Shown here one piece after another: positions 38,531 to 50,406 of a DNA stretch of 64,000 bases; within the stretch, counting starts at the first letter, position 1; the number at the start of each line of letters is the position of its first letter. The translations under genes and the position numbers were made by a program. The stretch is from Eledone cirrhosa (taxonomy: Eukaryota). The DNA lies in NCBI GenBank assembly GCA_964016885.1, contig OZ024741.1, forward strand, positions 65,100,001-65,164,000, in the 5' to 3' direction. The notes under the pieces are model-generated. The model did no database searches. It was not told where the DNA came from and saw only the letters and a list, made by a program, of their open reading frames with translations.

Positions 38531-38547
38531 CCGGAGTATATGTGCGC

Positions 38548-38581
<34 letters not shown>

Positions 38582-38597
38582 GTGTGTATGTATGTAA

Positions 38598-38703
38598 AAG
38601 ATAAACAGAAATAACAACACAATCAGTACAGTATAGGGAAGGTATATATTAGGTTAACGCTTGATATAGCAGGAAGAGGGTCTTAACGTTTCGGACGCTA
38701 GTC

Positions 38704-38759
<56 letters not shown>

Positions 38760-38960
38760 CGAGAGAGAGGGTAGCACAGTGAATGTCTTATGTTGGTACA
38801 AAATCAAGCATAAACGCACAATATATATCATTCTATTTTCTGATGATGGATTATTGTCCGAAACGTGAAGTCTTTTTTCCTAGAATATCAAGCGTTAAAC
38901 TAACATATTTCTTCATTGTACTGTGTTGTTTGCTTTATTGTTTCCGTTCACTTTTTGCAC
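38598..38960. mobile_element. Divergently oriented pair of Penelope-like terminal repeats with minimal HHR motifs
   Basis: Minus: GGAC-tagc-GTCC-GAAACGTTA (38684-38704, CUGA lost). Plus: CTGATGA-T-GGA-ttattg-TCC-GAAACGTGA (38840-38868). Both are followed by atatcaagcgttaa. Confidence 0.7.
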
Positions 38961-39961
38961 ACACACACGCACATATATATATATAGAGAGAGAGAGAGAC
39001 TTCAGGCGCAGAAACTACTGAAATCATTGTTTACATCGCCTAGACCTATGCAATCTTATTCGCCGATTTCTCTCTCTCTGTATGGGTGCATGTATGTCCA
39101 TTTAAAGAAACTATATAATAAAACTCTTCGGAATTTTAGTATTTACTTAGTTTTACAAGAATCAGTATGTCTATTTTTCTTTGTTTTTTTTTCTACTAAT
39201 CGACTAACCCGTGTTACTCGACAGTAAACTTGCACCAAAATACAAGCACTTTGTCATAAAGAAGTCCAATAGGTCTGAATGAACTGGGTTTATACGGTAC
39301 CCCCACAAATATGTATATATATATTTATTAGAATGCTGTTGAAGAGTGAAGACATTTTGGGGACACCCTGTATATACTGTATTGCCATATTTTTACACCA
39401 AGCTTCACTCTTTGGATAATTCGTTATTCCGGCACCTATCTAGTTCAAAACTCCCCAGATAAGTGAGGCCCAACACGTTTTTATAGTAGTGCTACTTGAG
39501 CTTAGAACATACAAAGGCAAAATTATATAAATACTTGAAGTTCAATAGTTTCTGGTTGTAAATATTATTTATATTTGAAATTTTAAAAAAAATGACATAA
39601 AATAAAATTACAGCTAATATTTTAAAGTTAATATATTTTAGTTTCTCTGTTGAAGAAATCAAAACAAAACAAATACCACAGCGTATATTTTTGTTTATAT
39701 ATATTATATGTTATTTAATAATATTTAGGTTTCCGTGATAAACATCAACAAGAAGAAAAAAATGGGAGGGGTGGAGGAGGGGTCTTTTGTGTAGAGTGAC
39801 CTGCCCCTTTGACCAATCACCAGCCACAATATAAAGCTTTTTGTCAGATGATGACTAATAGAATCATGTGTTACATCATAATAATCACCAAAGTAAATAC
39901 TGGAAAGAAATGTACATACATTACACTTCTATGAATACTCAAGCTCACGTGTGCATATATA

Positions 39962-40019
<58 letters not shown>

Positions 40020-40024
<5 letters not shown>

Positions 40025-40159
40025 ATGATATTAAATAAATGGAAACTATATTTATAAAACCCATATTTATTCTATTATGTATATTTCAAGGGTACCAAAA
40101 CTTTGGTACGCTCTCATCAGATATATGTTGAATTACCAACAAATTAAATATCCCTTTTG

Positions 40160-40205
<46 letters not shown>

Positions 40206-40610
40206 ATATTAACAAATAGAAACTATATTTATAAAACCATATTTATTTCATTATACATATTTCAAGGACACCAAAGCAAATTATGGTGCGCTTTCATCAG
40301 ATAAAATATAATATAGATCAGTTTTATAAACAAACATTGACATACCCTTAAAGAATGAGACCATGTCGGTTGGAAGCTCCCGGATAAGATTCTTTTGCAT
40401 TCTTTAAGGGTATGTCAATATTTGTTTATAAAACTGATCTATATTATATTTTATCTGATGAAAGTGCACCATAATTTGCTTTGGTGTCCTTGAAATATGT
40501 ATAATGAAATAAATATGGTTTTATAAATATAGTTTACATTTGTTAATATTTTGTATTTTTACTCCAATATTTGCTTGTTGTATCCCAACAAATTAAATAT
40601 AACTTCTACA
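40020..40610. mobile_element. Penelope-like terminal repeats: one solo copy plus a palindromic pair, three HHR-like motifs
   Basis: Arms 40199-40357 and 40398-40556. CTGATGA at 40114-40120(-), 40294-40300(-) and 40455-40461(+), each followed by a stem and GAAA. Same family as 49020-49235. Confidence 0.75.
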
Positions 40611-40832
40611 TATATATATATATATATACACACACATACACATTTGTATGTATAAATATTTGTGTGTGTTTGTATATATATATACATACATACAAACACA
40701 CACATTTGTATGTATAAATATTTGTGTGTATATATATATATATGTGTGTGCATGTATATATATATATATGTGTGTGTGTGTGTATATATATACATATATA
40801 CACACACATTTGTATGTATAAATAGTTGCATG

Positions 40833-40886
<54 letters not shown>

Positions 40887-41096
40887 GTGACCATCCCCAC
40901 TGAAAGTTTCGCGAAATAGTCTTTTTAAGACTATACAGAGCATTTGTAGTTTTTCCAAATTGAAGGATGAGTATTTAAACTTTATTTTATTCTGAGTTAA
41001 GGCTCGATTGAGTTTTCCTGGATTTCACAAAATTCTATGGATTAATCTATGTCTTGACTTTCTTTGAATTGAGTTTGAATTATCTTCCCACATCTT

Positions 41097-41712
41097 CCAC
41101 ACCTACCATACTCTGAACGCCTTGCTTCCCTGAGCATGGATTCATTGAAGCTCCGACGTCTGGCAATGGACTTGGTGAATACCCACAAAGTTTTTAACCA
41201 TCTCGCCAACTGCAACCCTGAGCGCCTCTTTGATCTCCATGTGTCTAACACACGTGGACATGCCTACAAGATAAGAAAACAGCACAGCTCCCATGACTTT
41301 CGCAGACATTTTTTCACGCTCAGAGTTGCTGAAGCATGGAACAAACTGCCTGCGTCAATTGTTAGCTGCCGAGACACTGCATCCTTTAAGACACTCATGC
41401 TTCCCAAAATACGCCAAAACTACACCTGATGTACCCCTTCCATACACATGCACACATGTGTGTATCATGACTCGTGCACTGTTCATTTTACTGATGTTTG
41501 TGCATTGCCCTATGTACTGCACATGCACTTTTTTGATGAGTTGTGGTGCACCTGGGCACTGTGCACAATATTTCGTTATTGTTATTATATCATGACTCAT
41601 ACACTGTTTATTTTCCTGACATTTGTACATTATTCTATGTACTATACATGCACCTTTGATGAGTTGTAGTGCACCTGAGCACTGTACACAATAATTTCAT
41701 TATTATTATATT
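41097..41712 (+). mobile_element. CR1-clade LINE 3' end
   Basis: LPYSERLASL..SLKLRRL..DL..TRGHAYKI..RRHFFTLRVAEAWNKLP..SFK, a duplicated 3'UTR motif and an (ATT)n tail. Confidence 0.92.
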
Positions 41713-41799
41713 ATATCTTACATTAACTATTTTTCCATTTTTACGTTATAGTCACTTATATATTATAAAATACTGTTGGCCTCACAATAATTTCTATAC

Positions 41800-41828
<29 letters not shown>

Positions 41829-41830
<2 letters not shown>

Positions 41831-42544
41831 AACAATTAAGTTAAAGATGTACATCCATATATGTATACTGAAATACTAGTATGTATATGAATACACACAC
41901 GTATACATATGTAGGTGTACCAAGTTTTTTCACTGGTCACTTTACTGTGAGTGGCCAGCTATTCTGTATGTAAACACACAGACAAACCGATGTACATCTT
42001 TAACTTAATTGTTTAAGCGTCAGTCATACAAAAGTGAGTTACAAACGAAACGAAATTTAATTTCGTTTCGTTATTTGTTTTTATCGTCTCCGTTGAACCG
42101 GTACTTACTCACACTCTATGCAAATTAGTCTGCCCACTACTAATCTTCATAGAAAAAGCATATAACGATATGTGCTTTTACGATTCTCTAGAGAGGCCGG
42201 AAGATAGGTAAATATTGCTGATGAGTTGTAACAACAACGAAACTAGTTCAATATTCCTTGTCTGGCTTTCTGGAGAATAGAGGAGAGGTGTTTCCTCAAA
42301 AACCAGTATGACTCTAAAAACCGGTTTGTCTGTGTGTTTACATACAGAATAGCTGGCCACTCACAGTAAAGTGACCAGTGAAAAAACTTGGTACACCTAC
42401 ATATGTATACGTGTGTGTATTCATATACATACTAGTATTTCAGTATACATATATGGATGTACATCTTTAACTTAATTGTTTAAGCGTCAGTCATACAAAA
42501 GTGAGTTACAAACGAAACGAAATTTAATTTCGTTTCGTTATTTG

Positions 42545-42551
<7 letters not shown>
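41829..42551 (+). mobile_element. HHR-bearing non-coding retroelement (retrozyme/PLE-like), copy 2: 467-bp unit, 96-bp terminal redundancy, 161-bp inverted 5' piece
   Basis: 41989-42084 is repeated at 42456-42551. 41829-41989 is the reverse complement of 42322-42482. Both ends lie in (TA)n. Confidence 0.88.
42211..42255 (+). ncRNA. Minimal type I hammerhead ribozyme
   Basis: AATATTG-CTGATGA-GTTG-taacaa-CAAC-GAAA-CTA-GTT-CAATATT: perfect 7-bp helix I, 4-bp helix II, palindromic helix III, predicted cleavage after 42248 (GUU). Confidence 0.88.
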
Positions 42552-42583
<32 letters not shown>

Positions 42584-42673
42584 ACTTTGCCTTTCATCCT
42601 TACGGGGTCGATAAAATAAAGTACCAGTAATGCACTGGGTAATTGCTGGCCTTGTGCCTAAAGTAGAAACAAT

Positions 42674-42704
<31 letters not shown>

Positions 42705-42714
42705 TATATGTATA

Positions 42715-43886
42715 TCAGTGTGTAGGAAAGGAGTAGGCAGTAACTCCATTTTATGTCCCAAATGCAAAGTATGGGTGCATAAAAGATGTAGTGGGATCAC
42801 AGGTAAGCTAACTAAGAATATAGATTTTATATGTGGCCGGTGCTCTGGTGCAATAAGTAGCAGCAAGTGCCCACAGAATACTAGCTCATTCCATTGCACA
42901 GATGGTTCTATAGAAATAGTGGACACCTTCCGTGACCTGGGTGACAAAATCAGCAGTGGGGGAGGGTGCTCTGAAAGTACAGTAGCTAGAGTCAGAACGG
43001 GATGGAAAAAGTTCAGAGAGCTTATACCACTATTGGCCGCTAAAGGGTTCTCTCTAAAAATGAAAGGCAGGCTGTATGATGCCTGCATACGAACAGCAAT
43101 GTTACATGGCAGTGAGACCTGGGAATTGTGTGCAGAGGATATACGCAGACTGGAGAGAAACGAAGCTTGCATGCTCCGCTGGATGTGTAATAGTAATATA
43201 CGTGAACGGCAAAGCATAAACGAACTAAGGGAGAAATTAGGAATAAGAGGGATCAGATGTTGTTTACTTGAGAGAAGACTACGTTTGTATGGTCACGTGA
43301 TGCACATGAAAGACGACAGCTGTATAAAAAAGTGCAAGGCGATAAAAATAGACGGTAGCCACGGAGTAGGCAGACCCAGAAAAACCTGGGACGACTTGAT
43401 AAATTCCGACCTCACACACTTACACTTCTCCAAGACAATGTCACTGGACCAAGATCTTTGGCGCTACACAGTAATACAGAAGACCCGCCTTGCCTAAGTA
43501 CAAAGCGAAACCTACAGTCAGTAGGCACCTCTAACAAAATACACCCCGTCCCACTACCCCCACCCCATCCACACCACCCCCTTAAATGTGAAGTTATGTT
43601 GGTACCACAACATCCAGTCCGAAACAAATGAGGTCGTGTAGGTGTCACGACAAAAAAAAACACACAGTCCACGCTGTAATGTGGTTGTGTAGGTAACACG
43701 GTAAAAACCTCCCAGTCCACACTGTAAATGTGGTTGGTGTTAGGAAGGGTATCCAGCCGTAGAAAACCCGCCAGACAGTCCTATACGAGCAGGACAACAA
43801 ATCTTGCCTCAAGTGGGAAAACTCCCATCCAAATCCATGCAAGCGTGGAAGATGGACGTTAAACGATGATGATGTTGATGATGATA
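42715..43886 (+). mobile_element. RTE-clade LINE 3' fragment, open frame to its stop at 43497
   Basis: Cys/His finger, MLHGSETW, RRLRLYGHV and GRPRKTW, then the 3'UTR and (GAT)n tail. Confidence 0.95.
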
Positions 43887-44161
43887 ATGTATATATGTAT
43901 AATATGTATGTATTGCATGTGTTTAAGACTGAGAGCAGTAGCGGCTGCTGTCTACCAAAAATGTTTAGAATGACACCCCAACGACAGGCTGAACAGATAT
44001 GGGAACGTGACAATATAAACATATATAATATGTAGGAAGGATTTTATCGAGTAAACTTGATCAAAATCATTCCAGTCGTGATAACGCCGTCTTTTTCATA
44101 GGTGTAAGAAAAGCCAGGACCACGTTATCGAATGTCTTTTTCGATGGCGATATGGCTGTTT

Positions 44162-44347
44162 GTTGGCAGTATTGGTAGAGGGTCGGACGCCATGCTTTGC
44201 AGCATAGAGTTACGGCGCTTTATGATCTGAGTTCAAATCCCACTGAGGTTAACTTTGCCGTTCATCCCCATGGGTTCGATAAAATAAAGCACCAGTAATG
44301 CACTGAGATAATTGCTGGCCTTGTGTCAAAAGTAGAAACAATTATTT
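44162..44347 (+). mobile_element. SINE family 1
   Basis: Matches 52321-52510. Confidence 0.85.
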
Positions 44348-44504
44348 CTATCAGGTCAGATGTATACGTAAAAACTCCCGCGTTGGCTGGTATATACGTA
44401 ATTTATAGCAGTAAAATATCATCAACCAGTTTCCACCCCCGATATTTCAGACACTACAAACATTACTGAAACGCTTGACCATTGCAATTTCCAAAATTTT
44501 TCAC

Positions 44505-44730
44505 CACTAGAACTGTCGGTTAACTACCGTTTCCAGCCTGTGGCGTTGAAGACGTGTAGGGGAGTTGAGCCACCTACTGCGAGGTTCTTGTCTTCACTGG
44601 TGGCTCACCTAACCAAGGTAACTGGTGATGCTCATGAAAGTGTTTAGTTGTTCCAGCCTCGCCATCACCCGAGGTAATGCTGCGAGTATGCTGGCTTGCC
44701 TAAAAATTTATTAGAGAGGTTCCAGTGCTC
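44505..44730 (+). mobile_element. CRE-like retrotransposon 3' fragment
   Basis: ELSVNYRFQPVALKT..FLSSL..VTGDAHE..LFQ..RGNAASMLAC. Nucleotide similarity to 30340-30550. Confidence 0.75.
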
Positions 44731-45414
44731 CTCGCGATATCATTATCTTTTGTTCTGGCTGTGGTTCGTTTGTCCACCTCTTTCGCTTTCTCTTTATTAT
44801 ATGTGGTCCGAGATGTGTGTTTTTTTTTTCTTTTCCCTTTTCTTTTTTCTTTTTATTTGTAATATTATGATGACAGTTATGTTGACAAATTAAAGAAACT
44901 ACAATATATTATCTAAAAAACCCTAAAAAAACTATGTTCATACTGATGTAACAACGGAGCTTTCTTCAGAAGACAGTGTTAGAATTAGCAGCAAAAGAGT
45001 ATGTTAATGCATGTTATACATATACATATGTATATGTGGTCCCACCCTTGCAAGCAGGGAAAAGCGGACGTAAAATGATGATAATGATGATGATGATGAT
45101 ATATGTATTCCTTTGTTTTAATTTAGAAAATGTTGTGGTTGGGTTCTTGCTGTTGCTGAATTTGCAAAATCTGTAGAGCATCAAACAAAATCATTTGGCG
45201 TAAGGTACTTCATGCTATTATTATGGGCATGGATTGGCACTATCAGTAGAGCATTGGACAACATACTTTAAAGCATATAGTTTCGGCCTTCTATGTTCTG
45301 AGTTCAAATGAAATAAAGTACCAGTAACATACTGAGGTCGATTTATTCAATCTTTCCCTTTCCTTCAAATTACTGGCCTTGTTCCAAAAGAAGAAACTAT
45401 GATTATGGGCATAT

Positions 45415-45560
45415 GTGAGTCAACAGATGTTGTAAATATCAGTAACCTATACATACCATCACTACCCCAAAGATATAAGCCCAGACAGTGTGAGAGAACA
45501 CTATCTGACATGAAGAACCCCTGGTTCCAGCAGACAATAGAGAAACTGTTACACTAGAAG
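45415..45560 (+). pseudogene. Possible decayed LINE APE-endonuclease fragment
   Basis: NISNLYIP-like stretch. A homologous copy at about 51000-51170 reads LMVVLAD. Confidence 0.3.
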
Positions 45561-46454
45561 ATAGAAAGGGAGATACATTAGAATAGCAATTGCAATTCAC
45601 AGAGTGCAACTCTTATGACTGGCCAACTCTGCCCTGATAGCAGTGAGTAGATAGATGGTACAGGGACTAAGAATGCCAGAAGTAACCACTGCTACATATC
45701 CAGCAATAACCTATCAGAAAGCAATTAATACTTAAACAGCTTGTGATCTTCAGCTTGTCAGAACAAAATCTGGGTCTGTTATCAAATGCACTAGTTTGCC
45801 ATTGGAGAAAGTGTCACTGAGGGTCTTACCACAGTGAAACAGGAAGATCATGATGCTGTCTGGCCTTTTGCTATCATCCCTTCAGTCCAACCCCTCCGGC
45901 TTCAGCTGCAACAAAGGGAAACCAGGACGATCTGAAGTATGCTTAATGATCTTGTGAGTGGTATATGAGGCAACAGGCACTGTGAAGGTATGACTGTGAG
46001 TGAATGGGGAAAGCATCCACTATGGATCCTTAGACAGTGTACTGGAGTTTGTATTCTGTGATTTGGATGCTTAAGTGATTTGGAGGTACATTGTTGGGCC
46101 CCTGTTGGTTCTGATGTAAAGTGTTCCATTTATTCATCACTGTTTAACATCCACACTAACATAGGTTAGACAAGTTGTGAGTCAAGCCAGATTAGATGAC
46201 CGTGCCTTGCCCATCCTATTGCCAACCACATTTACAGAGTGGACTGGGTGCTTTTTGTCGTGCTATAATGTAATTACTGACATGTCTTCAGACAGCCTCT
46301 TAGGTAATACATTTATTATGTAATCTAAGGCATATGTAAATCAATAGGGAGACAAATCTACTTTCGATGTTATTATTTCAAAGAGACTTGCAATCAACTT
46401 TTTTCTCAGGAAAATCAGCTAGCTTCAGAAAAAATGGATGTTAAGTGATGATTG

Positions 46455-46491
<37 letters not shown>

Positions 46492-46493
<2 letters not shown>

Positions 46494-46845
46494 CATCATC
46501 ATCATCATCATTTCATTTTACGTCCACTTTTCCCTGCTTGCAAGGGTGGGACGGGAACTGATTTTGGCTTGATTTCTACAGCTGGATGCCCTTCCTAACA
46601 CCAACCTCATTTACAGTGAGTGCTGGGTGCTTTTTTATTTTTTGCCGTGGCACCTCCACGACCACTTTAAAGTGGAATGATAGGGATGCCAGTCCCTATA
46701 ATCTCATTTCTACAGCTGAGTAAACTGGAGCAACGTGAAATAAAGTGTCTTGCTCAAGGAAACAACACATCACCCGGTCTGAGAATTGAACTCACAACCT
46801 TTCGATTGCAAGGCCAATGTTCTAACCACTAAGCCATGTGCCTCC
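46492..46845 (-). mobile_element. tRNA-derived SINE with RTE-derived tail
   Basis: Reverse complement of 49258-49609 with few differences. Confidence 0.9.
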
Positions 46846-46996
46846 ATTACCCATGGTAAGGTTTTGCGTATGCTTGTGTATGTACGTATCTGTTTGCGTG
46901 TATGTATTTATTTGTTCCTATTACTTCTGTATTGTATTTATTTACTTTGTTCTTAACTCTGTAGCGGAGATTCATTTGGTCTCCTAGTTAGAATTT

Positions 46997-47251
46997 TAGT
47001 CTACGACTTCTGCTATACCATTTACGTGGTTTTGTCCTTGCGTGCTATTGTTCTCCACGCTCCACATATGACTTATTATCTTCGTTTTTTCGTTCATTGC
47101 CAGAGAACGTCTCTATGCACCACCTAAGAGAACATTAGTCTACGACCTCTTTTATACCATAAACGTGGTTTTGTCTTTGCGCGTAATTGTTTTTCACCGC
47201 TCCTATTAATGACGTATTATTCGTTTTTTCCCGTTCTTCGCCAGCGAACGT
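46997..47251. repeat. Diverged ~138-bp tandem duplication inside a CpG-rich TA-flanked element
   Basis: ttagtctacgac...tataccat...acgtggttttgtc...gccag.gaacgt at 46997 and 47135. Confidence 0.75.
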
Positions 47252-47406
47252 TACCACGAACCAAAGTATCGTCTTCCTGTCTTCCTCCGGTTGCAACGTT
47301 TTTTGAAATATCCAGTTCTGCGTTTTGCTCTACGGTTCTTATATATTTGATATATATTTTCCTTATCGAGCCCTCTTTGGATTTTAGTGTTCAATTTTAT
47401 TATTAT

Positions 47407-47520
<114 letters not shown>

Positions 47521-47884
47521 TCTATGGCAATGATAACACCTACTCTGTGGGCCATCTCCAAATCAAATATTTTCTCTATTTTCTCTGCTTATATATTCTC
47601 TGGATTTTACATAACCTGGCCATTGAAATATATATAGTGGTTTTACAACAATAAAACTTTAAGGGAACTTCACCAGTCCGGCCTCCTGTCATTTTAACCA
47701 AAATAATATATATATATAATTAAGTATAAGTTATACGTTTCGATTACGTATAGCTCAGCCACTATCCACTGACTCCATGAAATTATAGAAATCGCATGAA
47801 TTCACAATTCAGAGTATACACAATACGTTAAACTGTTGTTAGATGGCTTAGTGTGGGAACAATGTATATGTGTGTGTGTGTGTA

Positions 47885-48682
47885 TATTTAGATCGTTTAT
47901 GTTATCATCTCTTGTGTACTCTTCTGAAACTTGGATGTGTTACAAATATCACTTTAGATTCCTGGAAGAATTCCATCTGAAAATAAAATGGAATTTGTGT
48001 TCTAGATGCATCCGGTATTTCTTCTATCCAGGCAGTAATTTTGAAAAACCAACTGCAGTGGTCTGGATATATTGCCCACATGGCTGACGAGTTTATCCCT
48101 AAGTTACCCTGTTTTATGGGGAATTTGCTCAGAGAAAAGGAAAACAGAGTATGTCAAAGAAAAAGTTCAAGGATGCACTGAAGAACCTGAAGAATGTATG
48201 TATTGACCCCAGAAATCTGGAAAGTCACACAATGGATTGCTCTACCTGACATTCAGAAATATGGGATGGTGTGAAAACTTTTGAGCAAAACAGGCTAACG
48301 CAAGTAAATATTAAGTGGAATAAAAGTAAAAAGCAGCCACTAAAGAAATATGAAATTACTGGAACTTTTTTACTTGTAGTTTGTGGCAGAATTTGCCTGT
48401 TGGAGGTTGGACTTCAATCTCACATAAGATCACACTGTAGAATACACAAACCAGTTCAGCCTTATCGATACCACATATGCCACAAGGAGGGCTAAAGAGA
48501 TATTTCAAGGTTCATCGAGATACACAGGCTGTCCAAGCTGAACAAAAACATCTATGTGGATGGCTTTTTAAAAGAATGTCTGGTCTAAAAACCCACATAA
48601 GATCTCATGCCAGAGATCATGTGGCTTTTTAGAGAATCATGTACACTGGAGTGGTCAAGCTTTGTATTGAGCAGACCCCCAG
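47885..48682 (+). mobile_element. Old RTE/BovB-like LINE 3' end with C2H2 fingers
   Basis: LSSLVYSSETW..QLQWSG..YGEL..KKFKDALK..DGVKTFE..CGRIC..GLQSHIRSH..CG..GLKTHIRSH, with several frameshifts. Confidence 0.8.
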
Positions 48683-48689
48683 TGTGTGT

Positions 48690-48751
<62 letters not shown>

Positions 48752-48759
48752 GTAGATCC

Positions 48760-48945
48760 TGAGTTAAATTGGGAGTAACCACAGTAAATAAGGTACTCAA
48801 TACATTAGTAGAATGTGAAGATAAATATTTAATATAGAAATGGCTTCTACAGGACTAGAACTGTTTCATTTGTGCATTCCTGATGATTTCATATGAATGA
48901 AACAGTTTTAGTCCTGTAGAAGCCATTTCTATATTAAATATTTCT
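48760..48945. mobile_element. Penelope-like terminal repeat fold-back with HHR
   Basis: Arms 48823-48870 and 48896-48943. Plus-strand TTC-CTGATGA(48880)-tTTCAtaTGAAt-GAAACAG..CTGTA-GAA with a GUA site. GTATTGAGTACCT on the minus strand. Confidence 0.7.
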
Positions 48946-49019
48946 ATATATTATATATATATATATATGTATATCTTCATTGGACTTATACCAATAAGTT
49001 CACATGAAGATGTGTCACT

Positions 49020-49235
49020 ATCTTAATACCAAATATATTTTATCTGACGAAAGCGTACTTAAATATTAATACCTTTGAAATACGTATAATAAAATAAATA
49101 TGGTTTTGTAAAGATATTTTCCATTTATTAATATTGTTAATATTAATGATACTCCAGATAAATCTGTAGAGTGCTTGTAATCTGTTGTAAAATTAACTTT
49201 GTTGAATAATCAACAAACCATATAACTCATTGTTT
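49020..49235 (+). mobile_element. Penelope-like terminal repeat with HHR-like motif
   Basis: CTGACGA (49044-49050), stem, GAAA (49077-49080), TACGTA, AATAAA and GTAGAGTGCT. Confidence 0.65.
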
Positions 49236-49257
49236 ATATATATATATATACACATAT

Positions 49258-49609
49258 GGAGGCACATGGCTTAGTGGTTAGAGCATTGGCCTTGCAACCG
49301 AAAGGTTGTGAGTTCAATTCTCAGACCGGGTGATGTGTTGTTTCCTTGAGCAAGACACTTTATTTCACATTGCTCCAGTTTACTCAGCTGTAGAAATGAG
49401 ATGATAGGCACTGCAGTCCATATCATTCCATTGCAAAGTGGTCATGGAGGTACCACGGCAAAAAAGCACCCAGCACTCACTGTAAATGAGGTTGGTGTTA
49501 GGAAGGGCATCCAGCTGTAGAAATCAAGCCAGAATCAGTTCCCGTCCCACCCTTGCAAGCAGGGAAAAGTGGACGTAAAATGAAATGATGATGATGATGA
49601 TGATGATGA
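49258..49609 (+). mobile_element. tRNA-derived SINE with RTE-derived tail
   Basis: A box TGGCTTAGTGG, B box GAGTTCAATTC, ccttgagcaagacacttt core, tail gttggtgttaggaagggcatcc...(GAT)n shared with the RTE LINE. Confidence 0.92.
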
Positions 49610-49648
49610 CACACACCACACACATGCATATATATATATATGTTTATA

Positions 49649-49803
49649 CAGTAAAATTCCATTATAACAAAATTCACAGGGTATAAAAAAAGTTTGTTGT
49701 AACAAAAAATTCTTTATAATGGTATTGACCTAACACATTGAGTGTGTGGCCGGGGATTGAAAAGAAATTTGTTATAATGGTATTCGTTATAACAGAATTT
49801 TAC
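49649..49803. mobile_element. pogo/Tigger-like MITE
   Basis: TA-CAGTAAAATTCCATTATAAC ... GTTATAACAGAATTTTAC. Confidence 0.7.
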
Positions 49804-49893
49804 ACACACACACATATATGTATATCTATATATACATACATACAGACACACATACATGCATATATCGTCTCTTAACATCCATTTTCCCTGAAG

Positions 49894-49932
<39 letters not shown>

Positions 49933-50133
49933 ATAACTAGTGCATTATCTGCCCCTTAGTCTGTGATTGTTTGTCTGTGTGCGCAATGCTGAAAAAGTTA
50001 TCGTGACATAGAGCTTACCAGTCATATTGTATTGTATCATTATGTAATGTAGATGTGTTATTATCAGTGTGCCCTATAAAGAGTTGTTTACTTTCATTTT
50101 CTTTATTTATGTATCTTATTTCTTGTAAGTAGC

Positions 50134-50375
50134 TTAACCCATTTGAGACCATCTTTCTAATGAAAGATATTGCTTATAACTATTTAATCATTTTGAAAAT
50201 AATAAACAAATTTAGAGGTATTTACTCATGCAATGAACTTTCTAATTATTTATTTTTCCTTTAAAATGGAACATGTTTGGTAAAAGCATTTTAAATAGAT
50301 ATAAACACTTTAAAACAGATTTTTGTATTGGAGTACCAGTGGTGATTTCAAGTGGTTTTGTATCGAAAGAGTTAA
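50134..50375. mobile_element. piggyBac-like MITE family B
   Basis: TTAA-CCC ... TATCGAAAGAG-TTAA. Confidence 0.65.
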
Positions 50376-50406
50376 TATTACAAATAATAAGTGTATATAT
50401 ATCTAT

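Noticed and set aside
49258-49330. tRNA genes at SINE heads
   Set aside because: A and B boxes are present, but the sequence runs on into SINE bodies and lacks a proper acceptor stem.
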